Source: an uncultured Alistipes sp.
Lineage (GTDB): Bacteria; Bacteroidota; Bacteroidia; Bacteroidales; Rikenellaceae
Assembly (NCBI GenBank): GCA_938014215.1
Contig: CALLRW010000002.1
Location: 8,904 to 72,903 of the forward strand
Direction: 5' to 3'
Length of the DNA stretch: 64,000 bases
The position numbers were made by a program, and so were the translations under genes. This document shows positions 10,305-17,812 of this stretch, piece after piece (the first letter of the stretch is position 1; every line of letters starts with the position of its first letter). The notes beneath the pieces were generated by a model. That model was not told where the DNA came from. It made no database searches and saw nothing but the letters and a program-made list of their open reading frames with translations.

Positions 10305-10496
10305 ATGGACATCGACAAGGTTATCCGCATCCTGATCGTCTCGCTGATCATCATCGCCATCGCCATCCGGGCAGCCACCCGCCTGCTCTTCCCCGACTGC
10401 GAACCAACAGGAAACTTCCCCATCGCAGTCCTGCTGGCCATCGGACTGCTGAACATCTGTCATTCGTCGGTCCGCAACAACCGGTCCGATCAATAA
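10305..10496 (+). CDS. small hydrophobic protein (63 aa, two predicted TM helices), hypothetical
   Basis: ATG 31 nt downstream of the -7 box; strongly GC3-biased codons like bona fide genes here; sequence MDIDKVIRILIVSLIIIAIAIRAATRLL...IAVLLAIGLLNI. Confidence 0.4.
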   Translation: MDIDKVIRILIVSLIIIAIAIRAATRLLFPDCEPTGNFPIAVLLAIGLLNICHSSVRNNRSDQ

Positions 10497-10503
10497 GATA
10501 AAA

Positions 10504-10539
10504 GGTGCACCCCGCCAGGCGCACCTCTCGCTTTTTATT
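10504..10539 (+). terminator. hairpin plus T-run between the small ORF and the MFS gene (terminator or attenuator)
   Basis: GGTGCAC-cccgccag-GCGCACC followed by tctcgCTTTTTATT. Confidence 0.4.
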
Positions 10540-10555
10540 CGTACCTTTGCCGCCG

Positions 10556-11971
10556 ATGTACACGAATCCCCATATCTCCACACCCGCCGACGGTCTGCCC
10601 ATGCCCCGCCGGCTGGGTGCCATCCTCGCCGTCTCGTTCGGCGTCTCGCTCTCGGTCATCGACGGCTCGATCGCCAACGTCGCCCTCCCGACCATCAGCG
10701 CCCAACTCGGTATCTCGGCCGCCGACTCCATCTGGATCGTCAACGCCTATCAGCTGGCCATCATGGTCTCGCTGCTCTCGTTCTCGGCCCTGGGCGATGT
10801 CCTCGGCTACCGCAAGATCTACATCGGAGGGCTGGCCCTCTTCACCGTCGCCTCGGTCGGCTGCGCCCTCTCGGGATCGTTCCAAACCCTCGTCCTGGCC
10901 CGCGTCATGCAGGGTTTCGGAGCCGCCGCCGTCACCTCGGTCAACACCACACTGGTCCGGTTCATCTACCCCCGGGCCCGACTCGGACGCGGTCTGGGCA
11001 TCAACGCTACGGTCGTCGCCGTCTCGTCGGTCGCCGGCCCGACGATCGCCGCCGGTATCCTCTCCGTGGCCGACTGGCCCTGGCTCTTCGCCGTCAACAT
11101 CCCCGTCGGAGTGGCCGCCCTCACCCTCAGCCACCGATTCCTCCCCTCGAACCCCGTCAAGGACGCCGCCCACCACTTCAGCTGGCGCGACGCCCTGATG
11201 AATGCCCTGACATTCGGTCTGATGATGTCCTCCATCGAGGGATTCTCCCACGGTCTCGACCCGCGGATCCTCTCGCTCGGAATCGCCGCAATGCTCATCA
11301 TCGGATTCTTCTTCATCCGCTCCCAGCTGCGCGAAACCTATCCCATCCTGCCCTTCGACCTGCTGCGCATCCCGATCTTCTCGGTCTCGGTGCTCACGTC
11401 GATCTGCTCGTTCCTGGGACAGATGCTCGCCATGGTGGCGCTGCCCTTCTACCTGCAGCACACCTGCGGATACAGCGACGTCGAGACCGGACTGCTGCTC
11501 ACGGCCTGGCCCGCCATCATCATGATCGTCGCTCCGGTGGCCGGACTGCTCGTCGAACGCGTCCACGCGGGGCTGCTCGGCGGCGTCGGACTGACCGCCA
11601 TGGCCGCCGGACTCTTCCTGCTGGCCTGGTTACCCGAAAACCCCTCGCACGGCGACATCGTCTGGAGGCTGATGCTCTGCGGCGCCGGATTCGGATTCTT
11701 CCAGTCGCCGAACAACAGCATCCTGATCGCCTCGGCCCCCCCGACCCGCAGCGGTTCGGCCAGCGGCATGCTGGCTACGGCCCGGCTCGTCGGGCAGACG
11801 ACCGGCGCCGCCCTGATGGCCCTGCTCTTCCACCTTGTCCCCCAGAACAGCACCCACGCCGCCCTGATGCTCGCCGGGTGTTTCGCCATCGCCGCCGCCG
11901 TCGTCAGCTTCTCGCGCCTCTCGCTGCCCCTGCCCGAGGGTCTCACCCGCAAACACGCCCGACACGAATGA
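10556..11971 (+). CDS. MFS transporter, 14-TMS DHA2/EmrB-like
   Basis: TM1-loop motif VIDGSIANVALPTIS; about 470 aa with 14 hydrophobic segments; a TAccTTTG -7-like box at 10542-10549 (an alternative start is ATG 10601). Confidence 0.75.
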   Translation: MYTNPHISTPADGLPMPRRLGAILAVSFGVSLSVIDGSIANVALPTISAQLGISAADSIWIVNAYQLAIMVSLLSFSALGDVLGYRKIYIGGLALFTVASVGCALSGSFQTLVLARVMQGFGAAAVTSVNTTLVRFIYPRARLGRGLGINATVVAVSSVAGPTIAAGILSVADWPWLFAVNIPVGVAALTLSHRFLPSNPVKDAAHHFSWRDALMNALTFGLMMSSIEGFSHGLDPRILSLGIAAMLIIGFFFIRSQLRETYPILPFDLLRIPIFSVSVLTSICSFLGQMLAMVALPFYLQHTCGYSDVETGLLLTAWPAIIMIVAPVAGLLVERVHAGLLGGVGLTAMAAGLFLLAWLPENPSHGDIVWRLMLCGAGFGFFQSPNNSILIASAPPTRSGSASGMLATARLVGQTTGAALMALLFHLVPQNSTHAALMLAGCFAIAAAVVSFSRLSLPLPEGLTRKHARHE

Positions 11972-12978
11972 GACGCGTCGCGCTGCTGCTGGCAATCGTC
12001 GCAACGGGCGTGACGACGGCAATGGCCAGGCCGGCCGACTCGCTCGCTTCGCAGGACTTTATCCGTCCCCGCTGGCTGCGGGAGGGCGACACCGTAGCGC
12101 TGGTCTCACCCGCCGGAAAGCTCCCCAAAAAGATCGACACGGCCCGGATCCGGGAACGGATTGAAGGGTGGGGGCTTCACGTCCGATTCGGCCGCTACTG
12201 CGCCTGCCGCGAAGAGCCCTACTTCGCCGCCCGGGACTCGCTGCGTGCGGCCGATCTGCAACGGATGGTCGACGACCCCTCGATCCGCGCCATCATCGCC
12301 TGCCGCGGCGGATACGGGTCGGTCCGGCTGCTGCCGATGGTGGATCTCGAACCGCTGCGCCGGGATCCGAAATGGATCGTCGGGTTCAGCGACATCACCA
12401 CGCTCCACCTCGTCCTGCGACGCATGGGCATCGAGAGCATCCACGGACCGATGCCCGTCGGATTCCGCTTCGAGGAGGACGAGGAGGACTCCTCCGAATC
12501 GCTGCGCGAGGCCCTCTTCGGCCAGATCAGCCGCATCGACGTCGCACCCCATCCGCTCAACTGCCCGGGCGAGGCTCGCGGACGGCTGGCCGGCGGTAAC
12601 CTGACGGTGATCTGCGCCGCAAACGGCACGCCCGAGGCCCTGCGGTGCGACGGACCGACGGTGTTGTTCATCGAGGAGATCGGCGAATTCGCCTACCGCA
12701 TCGACCGCATGATGCAGAGCCTCGAACGCTGCGGCGTGCTGCGGCAGCTGCGGGCCGTCGTCGTGGGTCACTTCACGAAGACGATCGGCTGCGAAAAGTT
12801 CGGTGTCGAAAGCGCCGAATCGATCCTCGACGCCTATCTCCGTCCGCTGGGAATCCCGGTCGTCTACGGATTCCCGGCCGGCCACGACGAACCCAACCGG
12901 GCCCTCTATCTGGGCCGCGAGGTCACGGTCCGCGTCGACGAGGCGGGCGCCTCGCTCGATTTCTCCCCCGCAAATTGA
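11968..12978 (+). CDS. LD-carboxypeptidase (peptidase S66, LdcA-like)
   Basis: Start ATG overlaps the MFS stop (ATGA); S66 blocks IIACRGGYGS, GFSDITTLH, FIEEIGE...R, VVGHF. Confidence 0.8.
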   Translation: MRRVALLLAIVATGVTTAMARPADSLASQDFIRPRWLREGDTVALVSPAGKLPKKIDTARIRERIEGWGLHVRFGRYCACREEPYFAARDSLRAADLQRMVDDPSIRAIIACRGGYGSVRLLPMVDLEPLRRDPKWIVGFSDITTLHLVLRRMGIESIHGPMPVGFRFEEDEEDSSESLREALFGQISRIDVAPHPLNCPGEARGRLAGGNLTVICAANGTPEALRCDGPTVLFIEEIGEFAYRIDRMMQSLERCGVLRQLRAVVVGHFTKTIGCEKFGVESAESILDAYLRPLGIPVVYGFPAGHDEPNRALYLGREVTVRVDEAGASLDFSPAN

Positions 12979-13025
12979 CGCATCAACCGATTTTTTGCTA
13001 TTTTTGTGGAAAACACTACGCACTA

Positions 13026-14416
13026 TGTTTTCCGCAAAGACCTATACCGCGCGCCGTCGCGAGCTGCGCACCAAGATCGGACAGGGCATCATCCTGCTGC
13101 CCGGCAACAGCCTCGCTCCGAACAATTATCCCAACAACGCCTACTATTTCCGTCAGGACTCGACGTTCCGCTACTACTTCGGGCTGAACGTCCCCTCGGT
13201 CGTCGGCCTGATCGATGCCGATTCGGGCGAAGAGGCCCTCTACGGCGATGACTTCACCGTCGAGGACATCATCTGGACCGGTCCTCAGCCCACGCTCCGC
13301 GACATGGGTGCCGAGGTCGGCGTGACGGCCACCTTCCCGCTCGCCGATCTGGCCGCACGGCTGCGCCGCGCCATCGCCCTCGGCCGAAAGATCCACTATC
13401 TGCCCCCCTATCGCGGCGAAACAAAGCTGCTCCTCTCCGACCTGCTCGGCATCAAACCCGCCGCCCTGCACGACTACAAGTCGGTCGACCTGATGTTCGC
13501 CGTTGCCGAGATGCGCGAAAAGAAGAGCGCCGAGGAGATCGAAGCCATGGAGCGCGCCTTCCACATCGGATACGCCATGCACACGCTGGCCATGAAGATG
13601 TGCCGCCCGGGGGTCGTCGAACGCGAAATCGCCGGCGCCATCGAGGGCGTCGCCAAGTCGATGGGGCAGGGCGTCTCGTTCCCCTCGATCGTCTCGCAGC
13701 ACGGCGAAACGCTCCACAACCTCAACGCCGAAGGGGTTCTCGAAGAGGGCCGGCTGCTGCTCTGCGACGCCGGTGGCGAAAGCATCGAGGGGTACTGCTC
13801 GGACCATACCCGCACCTATCCCGTCAGCGGACGTTTCACCCAGAAACAGAAGGATATCTACAACATCGTGCTGGCGGCCCACGACCACGTCGCCCGCATC
13901 GTCAAACCCCACATGATGTACACCGAGGTCCACAACGCCGCCTATACGGTGATGGCCGAAGGGCTGGTCGGACTGGGGCTGCTGAAGGGCTCGCCCGCCG
14001 ATGCCGTCGCCTCGGGAGCCATGACGATGCTCATGCCCCACGGACTGGGGCACGGACTGGGCATGGACGTCCACGACTGCGAGGCCATGGGCGAACGCTC
14101 GTTCGACTTCTCGACGATCGCCGAACGCGCCGCCCAGTCGGGAACGTGCGTCTACCGCGCCGCCTGGCGCATCGAACCCGGTACGATCCTCACCGATGAA
14201 CCGGGACTCTACTTCATCCCCGCCCTGATCGACAAGTGCCGCGCCGAAGGGCTCTACAAGGGTATCGTCGATTACGACGCCCTCGAGGCCTACCGCGATT
14301 TCGGCGGCATCCGCATCGAGGACGACATCCTCGTCACCGAAACCGGCAGCCGCATCCTCGGCGACCGGAAGATCCCCGTGACGGTCGAGGAGCTGGAGGC
14401 CGTCGTCGGCAAATAA
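13026..14416 (+). CDS. Xaa-Pro aminopeptidase (M24B, PepP-like)
   Basis: N-terminal creatinase-like domain and C-terminal M24 metal-binding residues (HGLGHGLGMDVHD, GIRIEDDILV). Confidence 0.85.
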
Positions 14417-14427
14417 GAAGCACACCC

Positions 14428-15105
14428 ATGAAACGGATACTGATGATCGTGCTGGCCGCCATGCCGCTGCTGACGACCGCCCAGAACAGAGACTGGGCCG
14501 ACTACGGCCGCTATGCCGCCGCAAATGCCCAACTGACAAAGGCCCCCGAAGTGGTCTTCATGGGCAATTCGATTACGGACGGGTGGGACGATGCCCATCC
14601 GGAGTTCTTCACCGACAACAACTTCGCCTGCCGCGGCATCAGCGGCCAGGTCTCCTCGCAGATGCTCTGCCGATTCCGCGCCGACGTGATCAACCTCCAT
14701 CCCCGGATGGTCGTGATCCTCTCCGGCGTCAACGACCTGGCCCTCAACAACGGCCCGATCGAGATGGAACACATTGTCGAGAACATCGTCTCGATGGCCG
14801 AACTGGCCCGTGCGGCCGGGATTCAGCCCATCCTCTGTTCGCCGCTCCCCGCCGGACAGTTCCCCTGGCGGCCCGAGATCAAGGGGGTAGCCGAGCAGAT
14901 CCGTACGCTCAGGGATCGCCTCAAGGCCTATGCCGACGAGCAGCAGATCCCCTGGGTCGACTACTACTCGGCCATGGCGGCCGACGACGGCTCGATGCGC
15001 AGCGAGCTGACCCGCGACGGAGTTCACCCCCTGCGCGAAGGTTACGACATCATGGAGCGTGTCATCGTCCCGGTGATCGAAGCGTGTCGGTCGGCGAAAC
15101 GGTAG
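14428..15105 (+). CDS. GDSL/SGNH-family lipase/acylhydrolase, exported
   Basis: Signal peptide; GDS(L)-type block VVFMGNSITDGW; VNDL; DGVHP. Confidence 0.75.
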   Translation: MKRILMIVLAAMPLLTTAQNRDWADYGRYAAANAQLTKAPEVVFMGNSITDGWDDAHPEFFTDNNFACRGISGQVSSQMLCRFRADVINLHPRMVVILSGVNDLALNNGPIEMEHIVENIVSMAELARAAGIQPILCSPLPAGQFPWRPEIKGVAEQIRTLRDRLKAYADEQQIPWVDYYSAMAADDGSMRSELTRDGVHPLREGYDIMERVIVPVIEACRSAKR

Positions 15106-15127
15106 TTTCGGCCGGATCTCCCGAATG

Positions 15128-15155
15128 AAAATCGCCCCCTGCGGGCGATTTTTTC
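15128..15155 (+). terminator. rho-independent terminator after the peptidase/lipase operon
   Basis: ATCGCCC-cctg-CGGGCGAT hairpin plus TTTTTT. Confidence 0.6.
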
Positions 15156-15321
15156 GTTTACGGCCGTTGTTTTTCCCGATTATTTCGTATATTTATAGTC
15201 GCGCGCCAAAACGGGGTGGCCCCAAGCAAAACCGAAAACCGCAAACCTACAAAACCAAGGCTACCCGCAGAAGCGACGCAAACCAACCAAAACGAAACCA
15301 AAACCTAAAACTTTTCGGAAT

Positions 15322-17478
15322 ATGAAAAACTATTCAGCCAAAGAGATCAAGAACATTGTACTTATCGGTGCCCCGGGCACGGGTAAAACTACCCTTGCGG
15401 AAGCCATGGCCTACGAAGGGAAGGTCATTGACCGCAGGGGTAGTATCGAGACCAACAACACGCTCTCGGACAATACGGACATCGAGCACGAATACAAACG
15501 CTCGATCTACTCCACGATTCTCTTCACCGAATTCATGGACCGAAAACTCAACATCATCGACTGCCCCGGATCCGACGACTTCTGCGGAAACCTCTTCTCG
15601 GCATTCAAGGTCGGTGACGTCGGCGTATTCCTCTTCAACGCCCAGAACGGATGGGAGGTCGGCAGCGAAATCCAGGCCCGCTACGCCCGCCTGCTCAAAA
15701 AGCCCGTCATCGGCGTCATCAACCAGCTCGATGCCGACAAGGCCAACTTCGAGGCCGCATTCGAGTCGATCAAGGCCGCTTCCCGCGTAAAACCCGTCCT
15801 GGTGCAGTATCCCATCAACCAGGGTGCCGGATTCAACGCCTTCATCGATGTGCTGCTGATGAAGATGTACCGCTTCAAGGACAACGACGGCCACCGCGAA
15901 GAGCTCGAAATCCCCGCCGAGGAGATGGAACGCGCCATGGAGCTCAACAAGGAGCTCGTCGAGATGGCCGCCGAACACGACGAGGCCCTCATGGAGCTCT
16001 ATTTCGACAAGGGGACCCTCACGCAGGACGATATCCGCGCCGGACTGAAGATCGGCGTCTCGCGCCGCGAGGTGATGCCCATCTTCTGCGCCAGCGGAAA
16101 ACGCGATATCGGTACGAAACGTCTGATGGAGTTCATCATCAACGTCGCTCCCGGCCCGCTCAAGGCCCCCGCCTTCCTCTCCACCGAGGGCGAAGAGATC
16201 CTCGCCGACGAGACGGCTCCCGCCGTGGCTTTCGTCTTCAAGAGCCAGCTCGAACAGCATATCGGCGAGATCTCCTACTTCCGCGTCATCCGCGGCAAGA
16301 TCACCGAGGGCACCGAACTCGTTAACACCCGCACGGGCAACAAGGAGAAGCTCTCGCAGCTCTTCGCCGTGGCCGGCAAGAACCGCATCAAGGTGACCGA
16401 ACTCTCGGCCGGCGACATCGGATGCACCGTCAAGCTGAAGGGCACGCGCACGAACGACACCCTCTCGTCGCCCGCTGCCCCCGTGACGATCGAACCCATC
16501 GTCTTCCCCGAGCCCCGCTACCGCGCCGCCATCAAGTGCAAGGAGCAGGGCGACGAGGAGAAGCTCGGCAAACTGCTCAACGACGCCAAATACGAGGATC
16601 CGACCATTCTGGTCGAGTACTCCAAGGAGCTCAAGCAGACCATCATCCAGGGACAGGGCGAGCACCATCTGAACATCCTCCGCTCGCGCATCGAGAAGGA
16701 GAACAAGCTCCCCTACGAATACATCGCCCCGAAGATCCCCTATCGCGAGACGATCACCAAGGTCGCCCAGGCCGACTATCGCCACAAGAAACAGTCGGGC
16801 GGCGCCGGCCAGTTCGGCGAGGTGCACATGATCATCGAGCCCTACTACGAGGGAATGCCCGAACCGAAGAACTACAAGGTCCCCGGCAAGGGTGACATGG
16901 TGGTCAACATCAAGAACAAGGAGGAGTACGATCTGCCGTGGGGCGGAAAACTCCAGTTCTATTCGGCCATCGTCGGCGGCGCCATCGACGCCCGATTCAT
17001 GCCCGCCATCCTGAAGGGTATCATGGAGAAGATGGACCAGGGCCCGCTGACAGGCTCCTACGCCCGCGACATCCGCGTGATCATCTACGACGGAAAGATG
17101 CACCCGGTGGATTCGAACGAAATCTCGTTCAAACTGGCTGCCCGGAACGCCTTCAAGGAGGCATTCCGCAATGCCGGCCCGAAGATCATGGAGCCGATCT
17201 ACAACGTCGAGGTCCTCGTGCCGAGCGAGTACATGGGCGCCGTGATGAGCGACCTGCAGAACCGCCGAGCCATGATCGCCGGCATGGAGTCCGACAAGGG
17301 TTTCGACCGCCTGAACGCCCTCGTCCCGCTGGCCGAACTCTACCGGTACTCGACCACCCTCTCGTCGCTGACCTCCGGATCGGCCACCTACACCATGAAG
17401 TTCTCCTCCTACGAGCAGGTGCCCTCCGACGTGCAGGAGAAGCTGCTCAAGGCTTACACCGACACCGACGAGGAGTAA
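15322..17478 (+). CDS. elongation factor G paralog (EF-G2-like translational GTPase)
   Basis: G-domain motifs GAPGTGKTT, DCPG, NQLD; EF-G domains IV/V conserved; not embedded in an rpsL-rpsG-fusA context. Confidence 0.85.
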   Translation: MKNYSAKEIKNIVLIGAPGTGKTTLAEAMAYEGKVIDRRGSIETNNTLSDNTDIEHEYKRSIYSTILFTEFMDRKLNIIDCPGSDDFCGNLFSAFKVGDVGVFLFNAQNGWEVGSEIQARYARLLKKPVIGVINQLDADKANFEAAFESIKAASRVKPVLVQYPINQGAGFNAFIDVLLMKMYRFKDNDGHREELEIPAEEMERAMELNKELVEMAAEHDEALMELYFDKGTLTQDDIRAGLKIGVSRREVMPIFCASGKRDIGTKRLMEFIINVAPGPLKAPAFLSTEGEEILADETAPAVAFVFKSQLEQHIGEISYFRVIRGKITEGTELVNTRTGNKEKLSQLFAVAGKNRIKVTELSAGDIGCTVKLKGTRTNDTLSSPAAPVTIEPIVFPEPRYRAAIKCKEQGDEEKLGKLLNDAKYEDPTILVEYSKELKQTIIQGQGEHHLNILRSRIEKENKLPYEYIAPKIPYRETITKVAQADYRHKKQSGGAGQFGEVHMIIEPYYEGMPEPKNYKVPGKGDMVVNIKNKEEYDLPWGGKLQFYSAIVGGAIDARFMPAILKGIMEKMDQGPLTGSYARDIRVIIYDGKMHPVDSNEISFKLAARNAFKEAFRNAGPKIMEPIYNVEVLVPSEYMGAVMSDLQNRRAMIAGMESDKGFDRLNALVPLAELYRYSTTLSSLTSGSATYTMKFSSYEQVPSDVQEKLLKAYTDTDEE

Positions 17479-17520
17479 ACACCGGGGGGGGGAGAGAACA
17501 GCGCCTCCCGAATACACGCG

Positions 17521-17560
17521 GCGGAGCGGATCGCATGACGGCGGTCCGCTCCGCTGTTTT
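17521..17560 (+). terminator. rho-independent terminator after the EF-G paralog
   Basis: GCGGAGCGGA-tcgcatgacggcg-GTCCGCTCCGC hairpin plus TGTTTT. Confidence 0.65.
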
Positions 17561-17584
17561 ACGGCATCGGAACGCGCTGATTGG

Positions 17585-17670
17585 CGCCACAACTGCCATC
17601 AAGACCTGCCGCCACGATCTATAGCCATGACCCGTTGCCACGATCCGTCGCCACAACTGCCACCACGATC
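17585..17670. repeat. array of short direct repeats (GCCACAACTGCCA x2; GCCACGATC x3) upstream of the phosphate transporter
   Basis: GCCAC-initiated motifs at 17585, 17611, 17637, 17650 and 17662, spaced about 25-26 nt apart. Confidence 0.5.
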
Positions 17671-17779
17671 GGCCGCCGCCCGAAAACCCATACCCGCGCG
17701 GGAGATTCACACAGCGGGGGATCACGTTAAATAATTGTTAACAATCCGTTGCAAAACCGTTTCATCGGGAAATTTCCAG

Positions 17780-17787
17780 TAAATTTG
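17780..17787 (+). promoter_or_regulatory. -7 promoter element TAAATTTG for the PiT gene
   Basis: TAnnTTTG match 25 nt upstream of the ATG at 17813. Confidence 0.4.
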
Positions 17788-17812
17788 TTCACTGTTTGTA
17801 CTGAAACCTGCC

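Noticed and set aside
10097-10501. 134-aa ORF covering the tandem repeats, palindrome and promoter (MNRTRKTEPDEQ…)
   Set aside because: It crosses an AT-rich promoter/palindrome, and its codon usage is not GC3-biased. The small in-frame ORF 10305-10496 in another frame is the more plausible gene.
15334-17592. Very long antisense ORFs in the six-frame track, e.g. 15334-17592(-) 752 aa, 2034-3626(-), 8599-9867(-), 18128-20044(-), 46028-48604(-), 51885-54302(+), 54439-56088(+) and 5366-6373(+)
   Set aside because: Each lies opposite a gene with clear family motifs. Their translations are low-complexity (R/G/A/D-rich) with no motifs. Stop-codon-poor antisense frames are expected at >60% GC. They are artefacts, not overlapping genes.
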